Shown: positions 29,599 through 40,257, counted from the first letter of the stretch. The stretch: 64,000 nt of DNA from Parcubacteria group bacterium M6-OD1-3 (GCA_003056165.1 LSNR01000014.1:6408-70407), one strand, 5' to 3'. The notes: generated by a model from the letters alone, not told the origin. Numbers and translations are program-made.

Positions 29599-30375
29599 TT
29601 ATTTTTTTGCTAACGGGTAGCTTACTATTAAAAGCATCTTGCCACAATTTGGGCAAGAAACATCGAATAGGTCATCATAATATTCGATATTATTCTCTGG
29701 CTTTCCTTTCCATTTGCAGGCAGAGCACTCTAAGATAAGATTTTTATTATAATCCTTGTATTTAATAATTTTCACTGGTACTTCAGGTATAAATTTTGTT
29801 TCTACCATTTGTGCAAATTTTGTTGATATAACTTGTAGATCTTGTGTTAGCGGACTTTCTGGATATTTATTAATTAAGATAGTTATTGTTTCAAGATAGT
29901 TTTTTAGTAATTTTACTTTTGAAGCGTTAAACCTTACAAAAATTTGATCCCCGTCTTTTTTGTAATCTTCAATAATTTCATTTGTGTTTGCAAGGATGTC
30001 CGCTGATTTTACGAGAATAGCTTCATTAGAAAATTCTTTTATGTGTTCCTTCGCTAGCATTTTTCGTTCTTCCCATGACAATGATTTATCTGTTTCTGTT
30101 ACAGCAAGTACTAAATTTGCGACATCTTCGCCAAACCGCTCTTTTAACATTTCAAGACTGACTTTTTTCCTCTCGATGCTATCTTCTATTGTGTCATGAA
30201 GAATCCCCGCACAAATAACATCATCTTTTGCATTTGCATGAGCCAAAATTAATCCTACTGTTAGAGGGTGAGTTATATAGGGAATGTCTTTACCTTTACG
30301 CTTTTGTTTTTGATAAATTTCATGGGTCTTGGTGGCAAATTTAATTGCTTTTTGAATTTTGAAGAGGTGTTTCAT
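29599..30375 (-). CDS. HD-domain protein (small alarmone hydrolase / Mesh1-like) with C-terminal Zn ribbon
   Basis: H...QKRKG.DIPYITHP, ILHDTIED, LVKSAD; CSAC...CPNC tail. Confidence 0.8.
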   Translation of the reverse strand: MKHLFKIQKAIKFATKTHEIYQKQKRKGKDIPYITHPLTVGLILAHANAKDDVICAGILHDTIEDSIERKKVSLEMLKERFGEDVANLVLAVTETDKSLSWEERKMLAKEHIKEFSNEAILVKSADILANTNEIIEDYKKDGDQIFVRFNASKVKLLKNYLETITILINKYPESPLTQDLQVISTKFAQMVETKFIPEVPVKIIKYKDYNKNLILECSACKWKGKPENNIEYYDDLFDVSCPNCGKMLLIVSYPLAKK

Positions 30376-30498
30376 ATTATTATGGTAACAATAAAATAAA
30401 GAAATTTGAAATTTTTTTAAGACAACCGGGTGATATCTCGTAGAAGAAAAGAGATAACTCAACTAACAATGTTGGGTATATTTGTTTTTTCTCTTTAA

Positions 30499-30750
30499 TT
30501 ATTTTAGTACTTTATTATCATGGTTTTTAAAATAATCAAATAACATTCCCAATAATTCTGTGCTAAATCCAAGTAAAGTCGATATTGTTGCCACTTTAAT
30601 AACGGCATACCAATCAATTTCGCCAAAAATTTTCCATAGCACGCCTACGATAATCCCCAACATTAAACCACCCCAAACTGCATTTCTACTATTCCAATAT
30701 ATTGCCAGCAAAATTAGAGCTATAATAGATAAAAATATCCAAATATGCAT
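30499..30750 (-). CDS. Small three-TM membrane protein
   Basis: 83 aa, three hydrophobic segments, RNAVWGG. Confidence 0.7.
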   Translation of the reverse strand: MHIWIFLSIIALILLAIYWNSRNAVWGGLMLGIIVGVLWKIFGEIDWYAVIKVATISTLLGFSTELLGMLFDYFKNHDNKVLK

Positions 30751-31212
30751 AGTTTATTATTTATTATCTTTGTTAAAATGTTCTGGTAATAAATGTTTAT
30801 TTTTTATCGGAGACAACTTTAATTTTTGGCGAAATAATAATGCATATTATTATCGTTAAGGGGACCATTACTAATTCTCAAATATTAACTCTGCTCAAAA
30901 TTCATTTCACAATAAAAACGACATTTTATAAATACCCTTTCTTATTAAAATAATATCACGCAAAGTTAGTGAAAGCAAATTAAATTATTGCACCAACTTT
31001 TTAACTTTTGCTTCTGACTATAATGATCCCATAAATCTATACATCAAATTATTATTAAAAAATAAATTAGAATTAAATATCCATTTAAATGGATATTTCT
31101 TTTAATGATAAAAAGATTGTTTCAATGCCATTATTAATAAATATTTTTCAAAAATAAAACCGACTATCCAATTAGCGAAAAGGTGCCGGTTTTTTTGATA
31201 AGTTATTATAAG

Positions 31213-31791
31213 TTAATTCTCTGTATTCTCTGCATTGACGGCGTTACGAAAGCCAAAGAATGAAATAAATATTAACATAATGCCAAGCAGTGATATAACA
31301 GCGAAGAATATACCCGGTATATTGCTGGGTTGAAAATTAAAGACAATTTTTCCAGTGGCAGTATCTATGTCAGACACTGAAGTTATCAATGTAATTATAT
31401 CTGGAGTAATTGGTTTGCTGGAGTTGTAGACTATTATCTTAAAGAGGTATTGTTGCTGACCAAGAAAGTTGATTTCATTGTTTCTCCAAAAATAATAAAC
31501 TTTTAGGAGCGGAGGTAGCCCGCTGGATGATTGATAATAATAGATGCCAATAGGATATTCAGATTTCAGCATTGCATTGAAATCTTCGTCTGTAGCTTCT
31601 TTAAGGATGATTGTATCTTTAAGGACTCGGTATACCTCGCTGTTAATCACCTCATATTTCTTTGGTAGCTTAACCTGCACCACCTGATCTGGCACAGGTT
31701 TAAAAGTGAACCATATATATAAAGGTTTGACGCTAAGAAACAGCGCCAACCCAATGACAAATACTGCTAAATAAAAAAACTTTTTCATCAT
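31213..31791 (-). CDS. Hypothetical protein with N- and C-terminal TM helices
   Basis: GGAGG RBS; ATGA overlap with upstream gene; terminator-like stem at about 31156-31197. Confidence 0.7.
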   Translation of the reverse strand: MMKKFFYLAVFVIGLALFLSVKPLYIWFTFKPVPDQVVQVKLPKKYEVINSEVYRVLKDTIILKEATDEDFNAMLKSEYPIGIYYYQSSSGLPPLLKVYYFWRNNEINFLGQQQYLFKIIVYNSSKPITPDIITLITSVSDIDTATGKIVFNFQPSNIPGIFFAVISLLGIMLIFISFFGFRNAVNAENTEN

Positions 31792-32009
31792 TCTTCCTCC
31801 AGTTCTTGGTTATTTGACGCAGTCCAATCAACTTCATCGCAGTGTTCATAGAATGCGATGATTTGTTTGGCTTCGGATAGTTTTTGCCTGAGTTCAATGA
31901 TTTCATTTTGGAGGGATTGAACCCTTTTTTGTAAAATGGCAACATTGGTGAACTGTGATGCTTTTATCCGATCATCTATCGAATATGTTGGGTGCTTAAT
32001 TTCTTTCAT
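31788..32009 (-). CDS. Hypothetical coiled-coil protein (73 aa)
   Basis: GGAGG RBS before ATG 32009; heptad LQKRVQSLQNEIIELRQKL. Confidence 0.6.
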   Translation of the reverse strand: MKEIKHPTYSIDDRIKASQFTNVAILQKRVQSLQNEIIELRQKLSEAKQIIAFYEHCDEVDWTASNNQELEEE

Positions 32010-32376
32010 TTCCTCCCTCCAAAGTTTCAAGTTCAGTGAGTAAGTTGCCGACATAGCAACATTGCTTGTGAACTTTATTTAAAAGAAAAAATTCTTCCTC
32101 AGTTAATTTGAATTTGTCTTCAAGCTCCGAAGAAGACATTTTGTAAATATAATCAATGATTTCTTCGATATACATATTAAACCAGAAAGATGTCATATCT
32201 ATTATAAGCTGTTTATTATCAGCAGTTTCAAGAGTAAGAATCATTGCGTTGTCTTCACTTGAGTTAAGAATATCGAGTAAGCTTCTTAACTCTGCGCTAT
32301 CTAATAACATTTGAAGTAGAATATTTTGTTGATTTTCAAGAATATGTTCCAAATTCCCAAATTGCAATAGTTTCAT
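31996..32376 (-). CDS. Hypothetical acidic helical protein
   Basis: AGGAGG RBS; overlaps next gene; 126 aa. Confidence 0.6.
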   Translation of the reverse strand: MKLLQFGNLEHILENQQNILLQMLLDSAELRSLLDILNSSEDNAMILTLETADNKQLIIDMTSFWFNMYIEEIIDYIYKMSSSELEDKFKLTEEEFFLLNKVHKQCCYVGNLLTELETLEGGNERN

Positions 32377-32646
32377 TAAAGTAATCCTCCTGAAAAATAT
32401 TTATTTCACAAAAAATTTTTGTGAAAGATTATGTCAAAGTACTTTGGATTATATTAGGTTGAAAAATGTTAAAAGTCAAGGAAAATTCCCGTTTACAGAG
32501 TTCCCTCTAGGGGCGGATAAAAATCTCGTAGTTTTATTTTGACATAAATGTCTAAATTGAGTAGTATATACAACAAGCAAGGAAATAAAACAAAAATACT
32601 TATTTTTTAAAGAGTCTCTAAAATTGATTAGAGGAATATTGTTTTT

Positions 32647-33735
32647 ATGTTTAAAAAAATTAAAAATATCTATCGGAAATTAACGGGGAAAATTTTTGGA
32701 AATATTTCCAAGGACATTGGAATTGATTTAGGGACAGCAAATACTTTGGTTTATGTTAGTGGAAAGGGAATTGTTATTAATGAACCCTCTGTGGTGGCGA
32801 TAAATAAAAAAACCGGACAAATTTTGGCAATTGGCAAAAAGGCCAAAGAAATGGTCGGGAAGACTCCTAGTCATATTGTGGCAACCCGTCCGTTGTTAGA
32901 CGGGGTGGTTAACGACTTCGAAGTGACAGAACAAATGTTACGATATTTTATAGATAAAATTCACCAAGATTCATTTTCTATTTTACCACGTCCGCGAGTT
33001 TTAGTTGGAATTCCTTCTGAAGTAACAGAGGTTGAAAAACGAGCGGTAATTGATGCGACAATTAATGCTGGAGCTCGAGAAGCATACATTATCGACGAGC
33101 CGATGGCGGCGGCAATTGGGGCACACTTACCGGTAACAACGGCGGCGGGAAGTATGATTGTTGATATTGGTGGAGGAACTTCAGAAATTGCAGTTATTTC
33201 TTTGGGAGGAGTTGTTTCTTCGCGAAGTCTACGAGTTGCTGGTGATGAAATGAATGAAGATATTGTTCGATATTGTCGAGACGAATTTAATTTATTGATT
33301 GGAGAAAGAACAGCTGAGGAAATTAAAATTGCTATAGGTAGTGCCTATCCACAAAAAAAGAGATTATTTATGATGATGCGGGGACGAGATTTGGTAAGCG
33401 GTTTACCTAAAGAAGTTAAGGTTAATGATGAGCAAATTCGAGAAGCAATTTCTCGCTCAATAAGAATAATTGTTAATAATATCAAAACGATAATTGAGGA
33501 TACACCACCAGAATTGGTTTCAGATATTATGCAGAAAGGAATTATTTTAGCAGGGGGCGGTAGTTTAATCCGTGGCTTAGATAAACTTATTGCTAATCAA
33601 TCTGGGATATCTGTGCGAACGATGGAAGATCCGCTGACAGCTGTTGCGCGTGGAACTGGTATTGTTTTGGAAGATTTGGAAAATCTAAAAGAAATTTTAG
33701 TGGCAAATCAATATGATGAAAGCCCCTTAAAATAA
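32647..33735 (+). CDS. mreB: Rod shape-determining protein MreB
   Basis: GIDLGTANT, EPSVVA, DIGGGT, GGGSL. Confidence 0.97.
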   Translation: MFKKIKNIYRKLTGKIFGNISKDIGIDLGTANTLVYVSGKGIVINEPSVVAINKKTGQILAIGKKAKEMVGKTPSHIVATRPLLDGVVNDFEVTEQMLRYFIDKIHQDSFSILPRPRVLVGIPSEVTEVEKRAVIDATINAGAREAYIIDEPMAAAIGAHLPVTTAAGSMIVDIGGGTSEIAVISLGGVVSSRSLRVAGDEMNEDIVRYCRDEFNLLIGERTAEEIKIAIGSAYPQKKRLFMMMRGRDLVSGLPKEVKVNDEQIREAISRSIRIIVNNIKTIIEDTPPELVSDIMQKGIILAGGGSLIRGLDKLIANQSGISVRTMEDPLTAVARGTGIVLEDLENLKEILVANQYDESPLK

Positions 33736-33899
33736 AAAAATATAAGACTTCTCATAAAACAGTTCTTCTATTTCGGCTTCTGAATTTTGAATATAAGTTA
33801 TAAAATTGAAACAATGAGTTTCTATAAATTTTTATAAATTGTATCTAAAATTTAAAAATATCGTAACGAATCTCATTTTACAAAAAATCTAAAAATTTT

Positions 33900-34706
33900 A
33901 TGTTTAAAAAAAATTTTTCTAGTAAAATAATTAAAGTAGGATTTATTTTTGTGATGGTAATTTTAGTTATGGTCTGGAATCCACGGTCTGTTTTTGATGG
34001 TCTGGGAAATGTTTTTTTCACTGCAACTTATCCAATACAAAAAATTTTTTCCAGTTCGGCAAATAAGATTTCTTTCTTCGCTAAAACAATTTCATCTATA
34101 GGAAAACTCAAAAGTGAGAATGAGAAGCTTTTATATGAAAACATTTCTTTAAAATCGGATAATGCTAAACTTAAAGATGTTTCCAAAGAAAATGATATTT
34201 TGAGAAATGAAATAGAACTATTACCGAAAGAAAAATTTGATTTAACAGCTGTTCATATTATTGGGCGTGATTTTTATGAAAACAATGATTGGCTGTTAGT
34301 TGACAAAGGGGAGCGAGATGGTTTGAGAAAAGGTATGCCAGTAATTGTTGGTAAAGGTGTCTTAATAGGAAGAATTTCTCAAGTTTTTCCATATAACGCG
34401 AAAATTGTTACTATCACAAATCCTGAAAGCAATATTAATGCAACGACTGTTGAGACTGGAGCTATGGGAATTGTTAAAAGCAAATACGGACTAGGTGTTA
34501 TCTTGGATATGGTATTACAAACTGATTATTTGAAAGTTGGAGATGATGTTATCACTTCTGAAATTAGCCAAAATATTCCTCGAGGTCTATTGATTGGAAA
34601 AATTAAAGAAATTCATCTATCTGAAGATAAACTTTTTCAAACAGCAATTATATCTATGCCAATTGATTTTTCTAAATTGCGATTTGTTTTTGTAATAAAA
34701 AAATAA
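33900..34706 (+). CDS. mreC: Rod shape-determining protein MreC
   Basis: TM, coiled coil, DKGERDGL..GMPV, GD.VITS, PRGL.IG. Confidence 0.92.
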   Translation: MFKKNFSSKIIKVGFIFVMVILVMVWNPRSVFDGLGNVFFTATYPIQKIFSSSANKISFFAKTISSIGKLKSENEKLLYENISLKSDNAKLKDVSKENDILRNEIELLPKEKFDLTAVHIIGRDFYENNDWLLVDKGERDGLRKGMPVIVGKGVLIGRISQVFPYNAKIVTITNPESNINATTVETGAMGIVKSKYGLGVILDMVLQTDYLKVGDDVITSEISQNIPRGLLIGKIKEIHLSEDKLFQTAIISMPIDFSKLRFVFVIKK

Positions 34707-35248
34707 TGAAATCTTTTTTAATAAGAAGTTCAATAATAATAGTAATAATCTTGTTGCAAATTAATTTTTTAAATTTAATTTTTCCATCCAGTTATACTTT
34801 AAACGTAATTCCTTTAATGGTCATTGCTTGGGTAACCGTAACAAAGTTTGAAAAAATTTGGATATGGATTTTGTTGTTGGGTGCAATGACTGACATTGCC
34901 GAAATGGAAAAATTTGGAAAAAATATTTTATTTTTTGTTGTATTAGCATATTTAGTGAGTTTTTTGTCAAAAAGATTTTTAATTGAGCGTCGTCTGTATG
35001 GGACAATATTGTTAATTCTTTTTATTATAACTATATCATTCATTACAAATTTTAACGGGATTTTAAATTTTGGTAATTTTAGTTTAGATATAATCGTAGA
35101 TAATATTGTAAATAATCTGTTTGCTTGGAAAAGACTGTTGACGGAGTTAGTTTTTGGAATAAGTGTTTTTTATTTAATGTACAATATCCTTAATAAAATA
35201 GAGATGTATTTATCAAAATATGATGATAAATTATTAGGCAATCTTTGA
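34706..35248 (+). CDS. mreD: Rod shape-determining protein MreD
   Basis: Polytopic membrane protein between mreC and PBP2, TAATG-coupled. Confidence 0.7.
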   Translation: MKSFLIRSSIIIVIILLQINFLNLIFPSSYTLNVIPLMVIAWVTVTKFEKIWIWILLLGAMTDIAEMEKFGKNILFFVVLAYLVSFLSKRFLIERRLYGTILLILFIITISFITNFNGILNFGNFSLDIIVDNIVNNLFAWKRLLTELVFGISVFYLMYNILNKIEMYLSKYDDKLLGNL

Positions 35249-35269
35249 TGTTGATTTTTTTTAATTCAT

Positions 35270-37138
35270 ATGAGCTACAATAAAAAATACAAGATAAAAG
35301 GTCGTGCAGGCATTGAGGAGATTAGCGATTCAGTAATAATGTCCGGAGATGCTGTCGCTAAAATAGAAACACCTTTTAATAAAAAATTTTTAAATATATT
35401 TTGGTTTTTTATTGTGGGTATGATAGTAGTCTTATTCAGCAGAGTCCTATACCTGACTATTTTTAAGGGAAACTATTACAATACTATTTCTGAGAAAAAT
35501 AGGACCAGAACATTGATTGTAAAAGCCCCTCGCGGGAAAATTTATGACCGCTTTGGCGAAATATTAGTATATAATATTCCTAGTCTAGATTTAATAATGA
35601 TTGCTGACAGCTCAATGAGGCAAAATATCAATAGAAATAAATTGTTACAAAAATTAAAAAAATTGTTTCCAGAAAAATATAATGAGATGGTTGAAAATTT
35701 TAACAATATTTCTGAGACAGATAGTTTTGTTGTTTTATTGAGAGATATGACGCAACGAGAAGCTTTGCTATTTTTAGAGAATAAGGTTGATTTGCCTGGA
35801 TTACAGGTTAGAAAAACTGCTAGGCGTGATTATACTGATGGATTAATCTTTTCCCATATTTTAGGTTATGAGGGCAAGATAAAGAAAAAAGAGCTTGAGA
35901 ATAATGAAGATTATTCATTGACAGATTCTATTGGGAAGCAGGGTTTAGAAAAATATTATGAAAAATATTTACGAGGTATTCCAGGGAAAATAAATTTGGA
36001 AGTGAATTCACGAGGGAAGGTTATCAGGGAGATGGAAATTATCAGTCCAAAACAAGGTAGTGATTTGGTTTTAAATATTGATGCGCAGTTGCAGAAGAAA
36101 ATATTTGATAGTTTATCTGAAACTCTTGAAAAAGAAAATTTAAAGGCTGGAGTAGCAGTGGCAATAAATCCAAAAAACGGGGAGGTGTTGGCGCTGGTAA
36201 GTCTGCCAAGTTATGATAATAATTTATTTTCTAGAGGAATTTCCAGAGAAGATTATGCTCATTTAATTTCTGATCCAAATAAACCAATGTTTGATAGGGC
36301 AATTGCCGGAGAATATCCACCGGGCTCAACATTTAAACCGCTAATGGCTGTTGGTGCTCTTACTGAAGGTGTTATAACTGAGCACACACAGATAGAAAGT
36401 CGTGGTGGAATAAGTGTTGGTAGTTGGTATTTTGGAGATTGGAAAGCTCATGGTTTTACTGATGTCCGAAAAGCAATTGCTGTTTCCAGTGATGTATTTT
36501 TCTATTCAGTTGGAGGAGGCTATGGTGGTATTCGGGGAATTGGAATGAAAAAAATCAAAGAGTATAGCAGTGAATTTGGATTAGGTTCTCCAACAGGAAT
36601 TGATTTGCCTGGAGAGGCGAGTGGGTTTATTCCAACATCGGAATGGAAAAAGAAAAAATTAAATGAAAGATGGTATATTGGCAATACTTATCATGCTTCA
36701 ATTGGGCAAGGTTATGTAACAGCTACCCCCTTGCAATTGGCAGATTATATTGCTACTATCGCCAACGGGGGAACATTATATCAGCCACGAATAGTTTCGC
36801 AAATTAAAAAAGATGGGGAGACTATTTATAACAAAGCAAAAGTAATTAGAAGTGTTTTTGCCAATTCAAAAATAATTAAAATTGTTCAAGAGGGAATGCG
36901 AATGACAGTAACGGATGGAACGGCAAAGATGTTGAATGATTTGCCTGTAGCTGTAGCTGGGAAAACGGGAACGGCACAATATGGAAGAGATGATAAAACT
37001 TTTGGTTGGTTTGTTTCTTATGCCCCTTATGACAATCCAGAGATTGTTTTAGTTATTTTGGTTGAGGGACAAGAAGGTCACGGGTATTATGCTGTGCCAA
37101 TTACGAAAGATATTTATGAATATTATTTTTCTAGGTAG
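35270..37138 (+). CDS. mrdA: Penicillin-binding protein 2
   Basis: APRGKIYDR, PGSTFK (SxxK), SSD, KTGTA. Confidence 0.93.
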   Translation: MSYNKKYKIKGRAGIEEISDSVIMSGDAVAKIETPFNKKFLNIFWFFIVGMIVVLFSRVLYLTIFKGNYYNTISEKNRTRTLIVKAPRGKIYDRFGEILVYNIPSLDLIMIADSSMRQNINRNKLLQKLKKLFPEKYNEMVENFNNISETDSFVVLLRDMTQREALLFLENKVDLPGLQVRKTARRDYTDGLIFSHILGYEGKIKKKELENNEDYSLTDSIGKQGLEKYYEKYLRGIPGKINLEVNSRGKVIREMEIISPKQGSDLVLNIDAQLQKKIFDSLSETLEKENLKAGVAVAINPKNGEVLALVSLPSYDNNLFSRGISREDYAHLISDPNKPMFDRAIAGEYPPGSTFKPLMAVGALTEGVITEHTQIESRGGISVGSWYFGDWKAHGFTDVRKAIAVSSDVFFYSVGGGYGGIRGIGMKKIKEYSSEFGLGSPTGIDLPGEASGFIPTSEWKKKKLNERWYIGNTYHASIGQGYVTATPLQLADYIATIANGGTLYQPRIVSQIKKDGETIYNKAKVIRSVFANSKIIKIVQEGMRMTVTDGTAKMLNDLPVAVAGKTGTAQYGRDDKTFGWFVSYAPYDNPEIVLVILVEGQEGHGYYAVPITKDIYEYYFSR

Positions 37139-37202
37139 AAATTATTTATAATAGAATTTAGGTTTTGTGCAATTATAATCAATCTGTAATTTTATATAAT
37201 TT

Positions 37203-38270
37203 ATGAATATTAAACAAGAGCTAAAAAATTTTAAAAAAGAATTTGACCCGATATTAGTGGATTTTTTTAATAATGCAATTTATGAAGCTGAGGAAAGCGA
37301 TAAACTTATGGCTGGAGCCTTGAAGCATATTAAAAAAATAACTATGTCTGGAGGAAAAAGATTGCGACCAGCGTTGATGTATTATAGCTATATTGGTGTT
37401 GGCGGTAAAAGAAAAAAAGAACTTTTGAGGGCGTCAATAAGTGTGGAATTAATTCATACTTTTCTTTTAATTCATGATGACATTATTGATCGTGATGACA
37501 AAAGGCATGGTGTTATGACAACACATTTGAAGTACAAAGAAATGCATGAAAAGTTTTTTTGGCAGGATAATTCGACACACTTTGGTACATCAATGGCAAT
37601 AATAATTGGTGATATGGTGGCAGCATTAGGAAATCAAGCTTTGTATAGTTCTAAATTTAAAGCAGAAATTTTAATCAAGGCATTATATAAACTACAAAAA
37701 GTAGTAGCAAACACTGTCATCGGTGAAGCTAAAGATGTTTTAATAAGTTTCAAGGGCAGAGCAACAGAAGCGGAAATTTTAGATGTTTGTGAGTTAAAGA
37801 CGGCGAAATATACGATTGAAAGTCCTTTGCACTTAGGTGCAATTTTAGGTGAGGCGGATGATAATATTTTGGAAAAATTAACCAAGTTGGCAATACCGAT
37901 TGGAATTGCTTTTCAAATTCAGGATGACATTTTGGGAGTTTTTGGTTCGGAAGAAAAAATCGGCAAGCCAGTTGGCTCAGACATTGCCGAAGGCAAACAA
38001 ACTATTTTAGTTTCAGAGGCAAGGAAAAAAGCTAATGTCAAACAAACAGCAGTTTTAAAAAGTGTTTTAGGAAAAGAGGACCTAACACAAAAAGAAATTG
38101 AAAAATTTAGAGAGATAATTGTCGAAACTGGAGCGCTTGATTATGCTAAAAAATTGGCACAAAATTATATTGTCGAAGCTAAAAAAGAAATTATTAAAAT
38201 TAAATTAAAAAAAGAAGCCGAAGATTTTTTGATGAGTATTGCGGATTATATGTTGGAAAGAGAAGTTTAA
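37203..38270 (+). CDS. Polyprenyl diphosphate synthase
   Basis: GGKRLRP, LIHDDIID.D.KR, KTA.Y, FQIQDD, GK.T. Confidence 0.93.
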   Translation: MNIKQELKNFKKEFDPILVDFFNNAIYEAEESDKLMAGALKHIKKITMSGGKRLRPALMYYSYIGVGGKRKKELLRASISVELIHTFLLIHDDIIDRDDKRHGVMTTHLKYKEMHEKFFWQDNSTHFGTSMAIIIGDMVAALGNQALYSSKFKAEILIKALYKLQKVVANTVIGEAKDVLISFKGRATEAEILDVCELKTAKYTIESPLHLGAILGEADDNILEKLTKLAIPIGIAFQIQDDILGVFGSEEKIGKPVGSDIAEGKQTILVSEARKKANVKQTAVLKSVLGKEDLTQKEIEKFREIIVETGALDYAKKLAQNYIVEAKKEIIKIKLKKEAEDFLMSIADYMLEREV

Positions 38271-38388
38271 CTTTTTGGATTTTAGAAATTTTCAAAAATA
38301 TTTATTCTATGAAATAAATGTTAAAAGAGTCAATAACATTATACTAGATCAACTTATCAATAGAATGAATATATGATGTGATTAAAAT

Positions 38389-40242
38389 ATGAAAAAAAGT
38401 AAAACTAAAAAAATTTTGAATTTAATTGATGAACCAAAAGATTTGAAGAAACTTTCTGATAAAGAATTGGTTCAATTGTGTGATGAACTTCGTGATTTTG
38501 TTATTGAAAGTGTCTCGGAAACAGGTGGTCATTTTGGATCAAATTTGGGAGTAGTTGAACTTACTGTGGCTATTCATTATGTTTTTGATACACCGAAAGA
38601 TTTATTAGTTTGGGATGTTGGGCACCAATCTTATCCTCATAAAATTATTACCGGTCGAAAAAATAAAATGCGAACGATTAGGAAAAAAGGAGGATTAGCA
38701 CCTTTTCCTAAAAGAAGTGAAAGCGAATATGATGCATTTGGGGTTGGTCACTCGGCTACCTCCATTAGTGCGACGGTGGGAATGGCAGTCGCTAATAAAA
38801 ATAAAAATAAAAAAGTTGTGGCGGTAATTGGCGATGGAGCATTGACTGGGGGAATGGCATTTGAAGCACTCAACCATGCTGGCGACATCGAGGCTGATAT
38901 GCTGGTCATTCTCAATGACAATGAAATGTCAATTTCTCCCAATGTCGGAGGAATGAGCGAATATCTTACACGGTTAATATCGTCACCCGGCTACGTTCGC
39001 TTGCGTAAAAAGGGTAGAGAAATACTTGATAAAGTTCCGCCTGTCGGGAAATTTGCTCGTCGTGTGGAAACACATACCAAGGGAATGATTACGCCCGGGA
39101 CACTTTTTGAAGAACTCGGATTTGAATATTATGGTCCAGTTGATGGGCATGATGTCAATGCTTTGATTAAAATTTTAAATAATCTAAAGCAAGTTCGTGG
39201 ACCGAAATTTTTACATATAATAACCAAAAAAGGAAAGGGCTACAAACCGGCGGAAAAAGATAATTTTTCTTTACACGCCGTTAAACCATTCGATCCAGTT
39301 ACTGGAAAAGGAAATGGTAACAAAAAGAAAGTTATAACTTATACGAAAGTTTTTTCAGATTGGGTTTGCGATAAGGCGGAAAAAGATAAAAAATTGCAGG
39401 CGATTACTCCGGCGATGTGTGAAGGGTCTGGATTGGGAGAATTCAGTCACAGATTTGCCAGTCGTTATTATGATGTTGGAATTGCCGAACAACATGCTGT
39501 CACTTTTGCAGCGGGATTAGCTTGCGAAAATAAAAAGCCGGTGGTGGCAATTTATTCTTCGTTTTTACAGAGAGCTTACGATCAATTTATTCACGATGTG
39601 GCTTTACAAAAGTTAGATGTGTTATTTGCCGTTGACCGAGCGGGAATTGTTGGACCGGATGGGGCGACACATGCTGGAAGTTTTGATTTATCATTTGCCC
39701 GAGCTATTCCCAATGTTATGATTATGTCTCCGTCAAATGAAAATGAATGTTATGCAATGTTAGAAGTGGGGTACAATTATAAAGGACCGGCAATAGTTAG
39801 ATATCCTCGCGGAGGTGGAATTGGAAAGTATAATAAAGAAAAACATAATCCGTTAAAAATTGGTCAAGCAAAGGTTTTAAGAGAAGGAAGCAGTATCTCA
39901 ATATTGGCGTTTGGAGCGATGACTGCTGTCTGTGAAAAAGTTGCTGAAAACTTAAATGCAACATTAGTAGATATGCGTTTTGTGAAACCGTTAGATGAAA
40001 AATTACTTTTGGAATTATCCAGGAAACATAAGTATTTTATTACAGTGGAAGACAATGTAATTATTGGTGGTGCTGGTAGTAGTGTGAATGAATTTGTTTT
40101 AAATGAAAAATTAAATATACAAGTAAAAAATTTGGGATTGCCGGATAAATTTTTGCAACACGGTTTGCGTGAAGAAATCTTAATGGAAGCGGGATTAAGT
40201 GGAGAAAGAATTGAAGAATCAATTAATGTTTTTATCAGATAG
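38389..40242 (+). CDS. dxs: 1-deoxy-D-xylulose-5-phosphate synthase
   Basis: GGHFGSNLGVVEL, WDVGHQSYPHK, GDGALTGGMAFEALN, IAEQHAVT, DRAG.VG.DG.TH. Confidence 0.97.
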   Translation: MKKSKTKKILNLIDEPKDLKKLSDKELVQLCDELRDFVIESVSETGGHFGSNLGVVELTVAIHYVFDTPKDLLVWDVGHQSYPHKIITGRKNKMRTIRKKGGLAPFPKRSESEYDAFGVGHSATSISATVGMAVANKNKNKKVVAVIGDGALTGGMAFEALNHAGDIEADMLVILNDNEMSISPNVGGMSEYLTRLISSPGYVRLRKKGREILDKVPPVGKFARRVETHTKGMITPGTLFEELGFEYYGPVDGHDVNALIKILNNLKQVRGPKFLHIITKKGKGYKPAEKDNFSLHAVKPFDPVTGKGNGNKKKVITYTKVFSDWVCDKAEKDKKLQAITPAMCEGSGLGEFSHRFASRYYDVGIAEQHAVTFAAGLACENKKPVVAIYSSFLQRAYDQFIHDVALQKLDVLFAVDRAGIVGPDGATHAGSFDLSFARAIPNVMIMSPSNENECYAMLEVGYNYKGPAIVRYPRGGGIGKYNKEKHNPLKIGQAKVLREGSSISILAFGAMTAVCEKVAENLNATLVDMRFVKPLDEKLLLELSRKHKYFITVEDNVIIGGAGSSVNEFVLNEKLNIQVKNLGLPDKFLQHGLREEILMEAGLSGERIEESINVFIR

Positions 40243-40257
40243 ATTTTATTTAAAAAT

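Noticed and set aside
28876-32376. Prophage
   Set aside because: Only a decayed BRO gene; no integrase, terminase or structural genes
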